Of a stretch of DNA of 64,000 nucleotides, positions 1-11,574 are shown piece by piece (position 1 is the stretch's first letter; each line of letters opens with the position of its first letter). Below the pieces are notes generated by a model that searched no databases, was not told where the DNA came from, and saw only the letters and a program-made list of their open reading frames with translations. Made by a program: the position numbers and the translations under genes. The stretch is taken from positions 124,001 through 188,000 of the forward strand of contig JBHGNT010000030.1 in NCBI GenBank assembly GCA_043228905.1. The letters are read 5' to 3'. Source of the DNA: Azolla caroliniana. Its lineage: Eukaryota; Plantae; Polypodiophyta.

Positions 1-708
1 ACCTCGGCAAAAGAAGCTTTATGGCTCGGTCGGCTGGCGCACACGTTTTGACAGGTCGACTCCGACTCGGCTCCAGTTGTCTACAACGATAGTCAGGGTG
101 TTGTTGCCTTGTCAAAAAATCCGGTTCACCACAACACCTCTAAGCATATCGATGTTCGATATCACTTCGTTCAGGACTGCGTCATTTCAGGGAAAATCGG
201 TCTCGAGAAGATATCCACAACCGATAATGTCGCAGATGGAATGACCAAGTGTCTCTCGACGGATCGTTTCCGGTCCCTTTGGCGCCAGATGGGCGTAACA
301 AAAAATCGGTCCGATTAAAGTCAGACACACAACACAGGATGGTTTCGGACCACCGACATCGGTTCTTTGAGGATCGGCTTTAGCTCTTTCAACCCGACCG
401 GTTCGGTCCTCTGTCTTCGGATCTTGCCGACTATGACAAAACCGATCTGTCCGATAAACCTTTTATATATATACCTATAATTCTTTAGATAACCCATGTA
501 TACGCCCATTACGAGGGAGTGTCGAATACGAGTGTATAATGGCCGTATTCACATTGTCCCTTTGGACATCCCAAGTTTGGGTCATTTCTGTAAATAGCAT
601 AAAGGGCAGTTGCCCTAGGATAGTCACTATATAAAGTAACCTTGTAACCTTTAGTAAAGTTTGGTTGTTATTTTTGTAACTGTTGCTATTGAAATATAAT
701 TTATACGT

Positions 709-747
<39 letters not shown>

Positions 748-796
748 CTCCCTCTGTGTGTATCTTGCTCGTGCATACACAAGATCTTTTTCATCA
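1..796 (+). mobile_element. 3' end of a Ty1/copia LTR retrotransposon (RNase H C-terminus, PPT, 3' LTR)
   Basis: ORF 109-318 KNPVHHNTSKHIDVRYHFV...NVADGMTK is the copia RNase H signature. Purine tract GAGGGAG at 513-519 is followed by TG at 520. The LTR-like segment carries a (CT)n tract; its right end (~796, ...TCATCA) is uncertain. Confidence 0.8.
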
Positions 797-876
797 CGAA
801 TGTTGCTTGCACTTCCACATTGATGGCCTTGTCCCCAATACTATGGTCTTTACCAATAGGGCATTGGGCCACCCGG

Positions 877-1546
877 TGTCGTGGAGAAAACCGTCCCTAG
901 GCGGAAACCGGGTATAACGTGCGTAAATCGGCCCTTACACGTGGGCACAAGTTTTGTTGTATAGTACGTAGATAGGTACAAGTTGGCTGAGGTGAAATCC
1001 TGGGTAGCACTCATTCATTAGGGGAGAAGATCGAGGTGTATCCCTGTCCGAAAGGACAGGGAATAAACATGATGTAACGGGTGGTAACGGCCTCCCTCCT
1101 TGAGCTATAAAAGCGAGGGAGAGGTATTGTAAAAGGATCGCGTTTTGTGGAGGACGAAGTGTTGCCGGACTAGAACCGAGCTCTTCTCCTCTGTCTTCTC
1201 CATAGTCGTTCTATGCAGGTTTTCGGGAGGCTGACTCTGCTCTGCGGAACGCCCGAGTGCTTCTGGTAGAGTCTCCATCTCGCGTTCTGTGTGTGTGTGT
1301 GTGTGTGCATGCGTCAGAGCCTATCACTCGCCGACTTGCCGGTTATAACTTCTTGATTTGTATATACATATACATTCGTTCTGTCTCCATTATTTAGAGT
1401 TAGTTGCAACTCCTGTGAATCTGTGTGTCTGTGCGCGTGTGAAGTACATCGGTAGTTTCCCTCCCCTCTTCTTATTTGGTTATTTCTCGGTCCAAGGCCC
1501 TCGTGGTCCGGCCTCGTTCTCCACGCACGCGTGTAACAACGCGACA
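877..1546 (+). repeat. 5' LTR of gypsy element A
   Basis: Starts TGTCGTGG and ends ACGCGACA; TATAAAA near 1106; followed after 4 nt by the PBS. Confidence 0.9.
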
Positions 1547-1550
1547 TATT

Positions 1551-1568
1551 TGGTGAACCCGACATGAA
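1551..1568 (+). promoter_or_regulatory. Primer-binding site complementary to the 3' end of tRNA-Trp
   Basis: TGGTGAACCCGACATGAA is near-complementary to the plant cytosolic tRNA-Trp 3' end (..TTCACGTCGGGTTCACCA, recalled). An equivalent site occurs in element B at 11553-11570. Confidence 0.8.
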
Positions 1569-1590
1569 CAGGTGACAGAGGAATAGAAAG

Positions 1591-3716
1591 ATGAGAGGGT
1601 CGGATCTTGCAGAAGCCATGACTTCGGTTGTGGATCGGATAGTGAGTGCGCGCGAAGGCATAGGCGCCCTCGATAGGGCTATTGAAGCAATCGTCGACAC
1701 AATAGGCCGGTTCGGTGGGAAGGACGCCACGAGCTATCCGGAGGCTTACCAATCCGAAATGGTGATGAGGGACATCCCGGAGGACAGGCGACTGGCCGGA
1801 TTCCCTCGGGTGGCGATGCCGGGCATCCACGCGGAGGTGCTTGAAGTACAGGCTGAGAGTCGGACCTGGGAAGAGTTTGAAGGTCGGCTCCTTGAAAAAT
1901 ACAGGTTTGATGACGCGCTTCGACTATCGAAGCGGGACTTCATGGAATGGGTGGAGACCCCCGAAAAGGGGAGAAACGCGTCAGTGCTCCTTCGGGAGTT
2001 TGAAGAACGCTTCGCACATCTTTCGGCGCTGGACCGGACCGTACTGGACACAAGTTGTGTCCTATTGTTCATTAGATCGGTGGACGTAAGGGACTGAGAG
2101 CAATTGGGCTTCCTATTGGAGACCGATGACGGCCTAACAACCGACTGGGCCGTGGAAAAGAGAGTCTGCAGCCGTTTTGACAAACGGCGTGAGTGGGTCG
2201 ATAAAGGCTTGATGGGGGCGGGTTCTATTGCGACAAGGAAGGTCGAGGTACCCCCACTGGCGCGAAGGGAAGAGACCCGAGACTAGCTTGAGACTGGCTC
2301 GACTTCGACCAGCATGGTAAAAAATCGTCCAGAGGAGCGGCTCTAGAGGAATTGATTCAGATGGTGAGGGACCTCCAGATTGCACAAGCACGGAGGGACG
2401 ATGGCGAACAAATCCGTGACCGAAGGCCTCCGGCTGGGAACCGGTGCTTGTGGTGCGACGCGGTCGGCCACACCCGAAAGGACTGTGGGGACTTCGCCGA
2501 AGCGATAAGAGCTAACGTGGTGTACCTATGGATTGGTCGGGTGCATGCTAGCGAGACCCAAAGGGCCCCTGATCTGAATGTCGGACGAGGGGGTATGAAA
2601 CGACTTATGGAAGAAGCGGCGGCTTGCCACGCGGAGACCGTCCACTACTCGGTGTCGGTTGGAATCTGGGTCGGAAGTGATGAAGTCCGGAAGACGAAGG
2701 AAGCCGGATTCTTGTCATTGATGTTGGAAGGCATCGCCGGCGTACGACTGAGGAAAGAGGAAGTGGAATGTGCGGAAAGACGGGTCCGGGAGGCAACCGT
2801 GTGGAGTGACCCGGTCGAAGAGAAGGCGGGCTTCGTTGAAGCCGCTTGCCAAAACTATGAGGTTCTGGTGGAGGACAAGCGTGCGGGTAAGACCGGAGGG
2901 GCCAGACCCTCACAACGGTATGAGACCCAGTTCGGGGAAAAGTAGAATGATGCCGGTGTGACCGGCGCACCGGATAAAGCCAAGAGGGCCGGGTACCGAT
3001 TGAGCACGGAGATCGAGAGGACCACGGACCTGCGAAAGCTCCTCAAGGAACGTATCCTTGACAACAAAGTGGAGCTGTCACTAAGGGAAGTGCTCAGAAT
3101 CGTCAAGAAGGAGTTCCACGACTCCATCGTGGACTTGGTGACGCGGAAAAGGCTTTCGACAAAGTCGGAGCCGGAGAAGCCGGTGGAGGTGCAAACAACG
3201 CACCTAGAAGACATGGCTCTAGAAGACGAGTTGGCGGAGAGCCACTATTCAAGGCCACATTGGGCCGGAGCAACCACGGAGACCCCCATTAAGATCGGAG
3301 ATGTTCAAGAGCCGGTGGTGGCGTTGGTGGACCATGGTTCAGAAATCAACTTGATGTCCATGGACTTCTACAAGAAGGGAAAGTGGCCGATCAACACCAA
3401 GCACAGGTGGAAAATACAGGCAGCAACGTGCGCCACGGAAGAGCTGCATGGAGCCTGCCCGAATGTACGAGTGAAAATCGGCGATGTCGAGATCGATCAG
3501 CACTTCTTCGTGCAAGAGACATCCTCGCATCCGGTTATACTCGGGGAACCGTACATCACGACGGCACGGATGGAGACAAAGGTGCTGGACAACGGTTCGG
3601 CATATGCACGAGTCAAGAGCTAGGATGGGTGTCACTCGGTCCAGTTCCTAATGGTGCGACCGAACCATGAGCGTAACTGCAAGACCCTCGGTGGCGAAAA
3701 CCGAGGGGATTTTTAG
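1591..3716 (+). pseudogene. Degenerate gag-protease ORF of gypsy A
   Basis: Pieces 1591-2097, 2104-2286, 2352-2945 and 2958-3623 are separated by stops or frameshifts. The protease frame would end naturally at GAT TTT TAG (3708-3716). Confidence 0.85.
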
Positions 3717-3772
3717 AGAGGGCTATCAAGGCGTGGGGTCGCGATAGTCCGGACACCCCGGAAAAACCCCAC
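3707..3772 (+). promoter_or_regulatory. Candidate -1 ribosomal frameshift signal (G GAT TTT plus pseudoknot)
   Basis: Slippery heptamer followed by TAG and a 6-nt spacer. Stem GGGCTATC/GATAGTCC; loop GTGGGGT is complementary to downstream ACCCCAC. Conserved in element B (9346-9411, minus). Confidence 0.7.
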
Positions 3773-4023
3773 AGATGTACCAAAGGCAAAAAGACATATA
3801 CCATAGGTAGGAAATTTTGGTTCTCTGATAGTGGAGGTTGTACGATAGCTGGCATAGTTGGCCGAGAAAAGAAGCGGGCGGAGGAGCGACTTTGGGCATG
3901 AAGAGTCCTCGGCCCTGAAGAGGAAATCAACAGAGTCGTGGAGGCGGTCTCTTTCGACGACACCTTGGGGAAATTACGGGAGATGTTCGGAGAAGGCCTT
4001 AATGAGGACCAGATGATTCCGGT

Positions 4024-4370
4024 ATGTTCGGAAAAGCTTGTGGCGTCTGCACCTTGATCTTTTGATGTATGTGTTATGCCTATGGCTAAAGGTTTGACAT
4101 TCACCATTTCTAGGTTTTTATCCATCTGAAATATTGTGCATTGTCGGGATTGGGTTTTCACATCGAAATCTCCTACGAGGAAGACTTCCCCTTGAGAAGA
4201 ATATTGGATTATGTCATTCGAGAAATGTTCATATGGAGAAGGCCAATGTGGCGCTCCGTCATCAACTATACTCGCCTCTCCAGCCATATTATACCGGGAT
4301 TTTTTCGAGGGGAAGTAACAAATGGTGATAAATATTGCTGCTAGTGAGGACTTTCACCCACATAAAACGG
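4024..4370 (-). mobile_element. LINE apurinic endonuclease (ORF2) fragment
   Basis: Minus translation RFMWVKV..ICYFPSKKS..DIIQYSSQGEVFLVGDFDVKT..SKD..SFSEH matches APE motifs (Y.PP, GDFN, S.D). Confidence 0.75.
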
Positions 4371-5113
4371 TGTTGAGGTTATCCTCGCGGAAGCGTAGAA
4401 GTCGGGCAGGACCACAGGGGGTCTCGAACCAAGGAATCGAGGAAACGAGGAGGGCGGAGTTTGAGAATCGTGTAGGTCTTGAGACCGCGGGAAAACATGT
4501 AAGGCTAGCGAACGAGAGAGGGTAGGAGAGTCGTGCGTAGACGCAGATGCGGGCAAGACACGGAGAACAACGTTTGTTAGGTAAAGAAGGTTTCTATTAA
4601 AACAACACAGGTGCACGGTGTTGTGGGTGATTACAACCGGATCAGAGCCGGTGATGGAGCATAGAGCTTGGCAATAGCCAGACACGAAGGTGTGTTGGCA
4701 CATTGAAGGTCGATCCCCTGGTCGGGAGCACTCGGGCGTCTGACGCGTGTAGGGGAAGTGCCTTCCGATGATCCGTTCTTACCTCTCCTCTCTGTATATC
4801 CTCTCCCCTTCCAATGGCCTCCTGAAGACAGTCGAAGGTCGTCCCTTTTATAGCACAAGGGACGACCGTTACAAGCATACATGACCCGTCACTTTCCCTT
4901 CCAAGATTCTCTCCCCTGATTCACTCCCCTCGTAACTCTCCCTACATATGCGATGTTCTATTTCTTCTTTAATGCTCTAACTACCTAGTGCCCCTCCGTA
5001 TACTCATGCCTAGTACTTTCCCTATTTAATTCTCTCGAGGCATGCACTCGCGTAAACCGATGTTCCTGCGCGTTTCACCTTGTTTCTACATATGGCCCGG
5101 AATCTTCACGACA
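4371..5113 (-). repeat. 3' LTR of gypsy B (743 bp)
   Basis: TG...CA ends, adjacent PPT, highly similar to 11575-13133. Confidence 0.92.
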
Positions 5114-5149
5114 TCCACCCCCACTAAACCGCACATCCTCCGGTATGTG

Positions 5150-8100
5150 CCGGATGGTGAATTTAGTGGAGGATTCCGGGCCATCGGTTACTCGTCCTCC
5201 TCTCCTGAACTGGTGCTTTCGGCTACTGGCTCTGGTTCCTCCTCGTTCGTCTCTTGAAGGCTTTTATCCGCTTTCCGACCACCGGAGTCGTTATTTGCGT
5301 CCCGTCGAGCTCTGTGAGATGATACGTGGCGTTGTCGTTGATGCTATTTACCACGTACGGCCCAAACCATCGCTTTACGAACTTGTGCGTAGACCTATGC
5401 TGGTTGTCAAGGTTGCTGTCGTAGACTAACACCCAGTCGCCTTCCTCGATCTTCCATGGCCAGAGCCCGGTCGAACCGGGCTTTGTTCCGGATCGTTGCT
5501 TCTCTCACCCTCATTGTGGCTCGTTCCACGTCTTCCGGTCTTCGCTCGAGTTGCTGGATTCGTGCCGCTAGCAACTGTTCTCTGCTCATTTCACTAGCCC
5601 AATTGATCGCTGCCCACGAGGCGATCGTTTGCTCTACTGGCATGATGGGTTTCTGTTCGTACATTAGTTCCACCGGCATGTATCCTGTCACCGAACTGTG
5701 GGTAGTCCTGTCTGCCCATAACACGTACGGGAGCAGCCTCGGCCAGTCGCCGACTTGACCCTTGCACGCGCATAAAATGGCCTTTACGATCGGATTGTGG
5801 CCCCGTTCAATCATTCCGTTGGCCTCCGGGTTGTACGCCATTGTGAGGGACAGTTTTATGCCTAACCGATCAAACAGTTCCTCGGCCTCTTCCGCATCTA
5901 GCTCTCCTCAGTCAGCCACGATTTTCCCCACACACCCATATCGGCATATGACATCCTCGATCAGAAACTTGCATACGGTCGTGGTGGTCTTGTTCGTTAG
6001 TGCTCACCCCTCTACCTGGTTGGTTAGGTCCTCTCTAGCCAACACTAGGTATCGCTTCTGACCTTCGCCCATCGACATCGTAACTAAGTCAACCATCCAT
6101 TTGAAGTGCACGATCGGAGGATAAGTTGGGTGTAGTTCGTCGCGGTGTTGAACCACCAAGTGCATCTGGCAGCTTTCGCATGTGGACACGAAGTCGTGCA
6201 CGCTCTTGTACATGCTTGGCCACCAATATTTTCCCTTTAACTTTTTGAATGTAGCCCATGTACCCCGGTGTCCAGACTAAGGGCTCTCGTGGAACTCCAA
6301 CATCAGCTTCTATTGGTCATTCGCCTGCGCTATTACCCGGAGCAGCGCGTCGTTTCGCCTTTTTGGGAGCCTCCAGATTTTTCCGTTCCGCAGGAAATAT
6401 CTGTATGCCTTCTTTCGGAGTTGTCCGGCCTCCTCCTTAGTCATCGTGGCGTCTGTCGTCATTGTTTCCAGAAATCTCCCGATTAGAAGCCACTCCCCGT
6501 CGTAGCCGTCTTTGTCAAACTCGTTCACGGGCGGAGCGCTTCGCCCTTTTATCCTCATCGTTATTGATTTGAAGAAGTCTGCGCCGACTTCTTCGCTCTC
6601 TGATACCATTCCGTCCTCATCCTCAAATCTTGCTCTAGAAAGCATATCGGCCATGGAGTTGTCTTTACCCGAGATGTGTCGTATCTCCAGGTTCAGGGAC
6701 TTGATGTACGCAATCCACCTGAGCATGGCTAGGTCGGGAGTTGCGCATCCGGAGACCATACAGAGAATTGGCAAGTAGTCCATTGTCACGTTATTACGCG
6801 CGTGCGTGTAGAAGGGGCGGGACCACGGGGGTCTCGAACTAGAGAAGAAGGGAAGCCGAGAAGACGATTTCGGACGCATCCCGGTGGCAACCGAATGAGA
6901 GAGAGAGAGAGAGCGTGCGCGCGACACCGACTCCTTTGCATAGGAAGCAAAGGGGTTTGTGCTTCCAACACCACCGATATGCACAAACAGACGCAAATGT
7001 GTATATTACAAGGGAAATAATACAAATCCGGCTTCGAGCCGGACCAAGGTAGGTTACAGCCGCAATCGGTTGCCAAGCCGTTGGTCGGGGAGCTCACGAG
7101 CTGTCGCGCCGAGCGGGGTCTTGCACAGAACCGAGCCGAAGCAAACCTCCAGAAAAGGGGGGCGGGGGAGGGAATACAACCACGGCCCAAGCCGGCTACG
7201 CACAGAAGAAGAGAACTAACCTAACAGCTTGTCGCCATAGCTACTGCTCGACTCCTCGAGAAGGAGCAGGAAAAAACACGAAGAAAAGAAAGAATGTAGC
7301 TAACCCTAGAAAGAAACACAAAACGGTATACCCTTCCGACTCAAAAATGGGCAACCCTTCTACAAGGGACCATCCCTTCCTCTTATAGAACAAGGAGAGG
7401 GATGCGTTACAATGTGGGATAAATCCTGACTTACATGGGATTCTCTGTCCCGACTTGACTCCTACTATTCACACGTTTATACAAGGGTGAGTGCACATGG
7501 TGCACACCGTCGATTCTCCCGATATTCTCCGATTCCGCCTAGGGACGGTTTTCTCCATGACACTGTTTCGATAATTACTTCCGTCCCGATTAGGTAATCT
7601 TTGTCGACCTTAACCGCCGAAACGATACCCCACAGCTCGCGCTTGACTTGGGCGTACCCTCGCTGTCGCTCACTCAGTACCTTTGCACCGAACCGGATAG
7701 GGAAGCGCGTGCCGTCTTCGTACTTTTGATTCATGACCCACCTGTTCCCGGTCGGGCTGGTGTCCACAGTGATGTAGACCGAAGTTCCCAGTGCGTATTC
7801 CGCTTTGCGCAAAGCCGGTGCCGCGGTAAGCGTTCGTTTTAGTTTCCGGACCGCCTCCGTATGTTCCTTCGTCCATTCGAATTTCCTGTTCTTCTTCAGC
7901 ATGCCGTAGAGTGGTTTGGCGACGTGCGCGTAATGAGGGATCCATATGTGGTAGAAGGCGCATGCTCCCAAGAACCGCCGAACCTCTGTGATGGATTCGC
8001 ACTCCTCCTTCTTTGCCAAGATGGCCTCTACCTTGGTCGGCGATGGTTTCCGGCCGTACGGCCCACATAGGTGGCCAACCACTAATATCTCCGGTTGTCC

Positions 8101-9411
8101 GAAAGCCGACTTTTCTCTCGAGAAGGTAAGCCATGCGCCCTCGAGCCTCTGTAGTATCTTCTCGCAGTCGGAGATGTGGTCCGCGACAAACCTTCGGCAC
8201 CCGTCCGCGCCGATCGACTTATCCTTAGCATCTTCCGAACACCCCTTTATAGGGATGTCGTCTAGGAAAGGCATGGTGATGTCTGGGATGCAATCCCTCA
8301 AAACTCTGTTCATTGTGTTCACCATGTGTGCCACCGAGTTGGTTCCGCCCTGTGGTAGGGTACACATTCGAACTAGGCCGATAGGGGTCTGCATCATCGT
8401 GATATCCCTGCTTTCCACGGCGAGCTGGAATTGGTCGTACCCCGAGTAAAGATCTTCGACCGAGTATATGGACCTTCCGGCGAAGGCTTCAGCAAACTCA
8501 TCGATCGACAGCCCGACTCCCGTATTGCGGATGGTCACTTTGTTTACCGGTTGTAAGTCTTGGATGAACCGTAGTGTGCCATTCTTTTTTGGTACCGTGA
8601 ACCACCGGTTCGAATAGGGGGCACTTGACGGTTCGAGGATGCCCAACGCCATTTTCTGCTTAAGAAGCTCCATCAACATCGGCATGTGAGCTCTCGGTAT
8701 TGGGATCAGCTTGAGACTCCATGGTATGTGTGGTACTGTAAAGATCACCATTGGCTCGACGATGGTCGGGTCAACGCACCCGATCTCTCCCGGTGAGAAT
8801 GCGAAGGCCTTCCCGTGCCTCTCGAGCATTCTTTTGAACCGGTCCTCTTCCGCCGACAGTAGGAAGCCACCCCCACCGATCTTCTGCTCTCGTAGCGTTT
8901 TGTCGGTGAAACGGTGTCGTATGCCGGCCAGATTACATAGGCGCGGGTTGGTAGCGACCCTCGTCATTCGTTCCCAACTGTCCTCTGGTAAAGGAGCCGC
9001 GACGGGCTTCACCTTCCGGTCCATAGTCTTGTATTTTGTGTCTACTCGGGTGATCTGATGCGCCCTGGTTCCTCTTTCGAAGTCCGCAATGACTTCATAC
9101 ATGTCGATCGAGTTGACCGGTATGACTTGGTCTTCGCTTAGACCTCCTTCTACTACCTCCCCGATTTCCCCCAAGGTGTCATCGAACGAGACCGCCTCCA
9201 CGGTTTCCCCAATTTCTTCGTCATGGCTTAAGGCTCCGCACGCCTTCAAGCGTATCTCAACCAGTTTCCTTTCTCTGTCGCTGATGTTGGCTATGGTACA
9301 CCCTCCGTTGCTGGAAAACAAAACTTTCCTACCTATTTTACAGGTGTGGGGAGTTTCCCGGTTGTCCGGACTATCGTGGCCCCATGCCTTGATAGCCCTA
9401 TCTAAAAATCC
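5150..9411 (-). pseudogene. pol (RT-RNase H-integrase) of gypsy B, interrupted by a solo LTR
   Basis: RT motifs PYSNRWFTVPKKNGTLRFIQDL, LPQGGTNS, PFLDD; RH VDTS..VKREL; integrase C..C and YNPEANGMIER; GPY motif WFGPY. Confidence 0.92.
6784..7562 (-). mobile_element. Solo LTR (gypsy family) inserted in the RNase H of element B
   Basis: TG..CA ends. Removing it restores ..VIIET|D(Y/C)LPIL... Flanks CCAT/CTGT are consistent with a CCGT TSD. Confidence 0.88.
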
Positions 9412-11574
9412 GGCTTATCATTATTTCCAAGGGTGTCCCGGTTTCGTTCGTGGTTCTTTCGAACAGTAAAAAATTGGACGGAGTGACAGTTGTCTTGACT
9501 TTTTACCCTCGCATAGGCTTAACGTTGTCTAGCACTTTCGTCTCCATTCTAGCCGCCGTGATGTAGGGTTCCCCGAGGATGACTAGGTGGGAGGACGTTT
9601 CTTGCACAAAAAAGTGTTGGTTTATGTCGACATCTCCGACGCTCACCCTGACGTTCGGGCAGGCCCCGTGTAGCTCTTTCATGGCTCTTGTTGCCGCGCG
9701 TATCTTCCACCCGTGTTTGGTGTTGATCAGCCAATTTCCCTTTTTGTAGAAGTCCATGGACATTAGGTTGATTTCCGACCCGTGGTTGATTAATGCCACC
9801 ACCGGTTCCTTGACATTCCCGATTCAAATCGGGGTCTCTATAGTAGCTCTTGCCCAGTGCGGCTTGGCGTAGTGGCTCTCCGCGAGCTCGTCTTCTGTGG
9901 CAATCTCATCGAGGAGTGCCGCCCTCACCTCAACTAGCTTCTCGGGCTCCGGTTCCGTCGCGAGATGCTTTCTCTTCACAAGGTCCACGATGTTGTCGTG
10001 GAACTCCCTTATTGCTATACCGAGCACTTCTCTAAGCGTGCATTCTATGCGACTATCGAGAACTCGCTCCTCTAGAACCTTTCGTAGGTTCATTGTTTTC
10101 TCGATTTCCGAGCTTACGCGGAAGCTTGGAATCCTGCCCTTCTCCTTCTCCTGGGACCCGGTCGGAGTGGCATCGTTCTTTTTGGGCGTGCTTCGGGTGT
10201 CATACCTCCCCGAAGGGCCCGCTCCCCCGGTTTTCCCCGCTCGTCTTTCGTCGATCAGGGCCTCGTAGTTCCTGCACGCGGCTTCCTTAAGCTGGTGCTT
10301 TCTTCAACGAAGTCACTCCACCCGGTAACTTCGTGCACAAGTTCTTCTACACGCTCCGCTTCTCCCTTCTGCAACCTTCCTCCGGTCAAGGTCTCGAGAA
10401 TAGCCGGCCAGAACCCAGGGTTTGAATCGGGTTTGGCACTCTTTTCCCCTACTCGGATGCCGGCCGAAGCTGAATAGTGGACATCTTTGATGTGTCGGGC
10501 CGCACCCTCTTCCATTAGCCTCTTCATGCCACCACGTCCAAAATTCGTGTCGAGCAGTCTTCGCGTGTCGCTCACATGTACTCGGTCGTTCGAAAGGTAG
10601 ACTACATTACTCCTGAGTGCTTCTCTGAAGTTAGCACATTCTCTTCGAGCATGCCCGGTGGCGTCGCACCATACGCACCTCTAATTGGCCGGCGGTCGCT
10701 GGTTGCGCGACTGACCCTCATTGTTTCGGCGGGCTTGGGCGATCTGGAGGTCGCGTACCATCCTTGTTAGTTCTTCAAGCCCTGCGCCGCATGCAGGTCC
10801 CACAATTATGTTCATCGGGGTTGGGCCTAGCTCGAGTTGCCTCCTCGTTTCTTCCATTCGGGTCAGCGTCGATTCGGACCTGATTTCGACAGCCGGTCCG
10901 ACCGACGAGGATCCCTTTTCTTTCAAGTCTCGGCATTTGTCAATCTTGCTGCATACTTCTTTGACGGTCGCCAAGTCAGTCGTGAGACCTTGGTTGGTTT
11001 CCAAAAGAAGACCCACGCTTTCCCGAACGCACGAGTCGAAAGATGTCACGAAAAATAGGACTTTGCTTGTTTCGAGCACGGTTCAGTCCAATCTAGAGAA
11101 TCGAGCAAACTGTGACTCAAACTCCTGGAGGAGCGCCGAAGCATTCTAACCCTTGTCGGGGCTATTGACCCAGTCCATAAAATCCTTTCTTGATAGCCGA
11201 AGTGAGTCATCATAGTTATACCTCTTGAGAACTTCCTCTGCAAATTCCACCCAGTCGCGACAGCCTGCTTGTATCTCGACCATCTCTGTATGGATGTGTG
11301 ATGTTATGACCCGGGGAAACCCCACCAACCGTCTATCTTCGGGTATGTTCCTCATCTGCATTTCATATTTGTAGGCCTCTACGTAACTCGTGGCGTCCTT
11401 TCCGCTGAACCGGCCTATCTTGCCAACCGTTGCTTCTATGGCCCGGTCGAGGGCACTAGCGCCATCGCGAGCACTAACCAGGCGGTCTACCGCCACCGCC
11501 ATTGCTTCTACAAGTTCGCTTCCTCTCATCTCCAGATTCCTTTGCCGCCCGGTTCACGTCAGGTTCACCAAATA

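Larger units (their letters stand above)
877..4023 (+). mobile_element. Ty3/gypsy element A, 3'-truncated (5' LTR, PBS, gag, protease, start of pol)
   Basis: LTR TG..CA at 877-1546, PBS at 1551, gag from 1591 with CCHC knuckle CLWCDAVGHTRKDC, protease ALVDHGSEINLM. Colinear with element B until ~4023, where it is joined to LINE sequence. Confidence 0.9.

Noticed and set aside
797-876. Short minus-strand peptide (CPIGKDHSIGDKAINVEVQATFV) resembling a retroviral protease fragment
   Set aside because: Too short to assign; probably the host sequence that the copia and gypsy A inserted into.
3613-4287. 224-aa minus ORF looking like a novel fusion
   Set aside because: Chance read-through of the LINE endonuclease into antisense gypsy pol across a deletion junction.
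6310-6996. 228-aa ORF starting in an LTR and continuing into pol
   Set aside because: Incidental frame across the solo-LTR insertion, with a non-ATG start; downstream integrase is broken.
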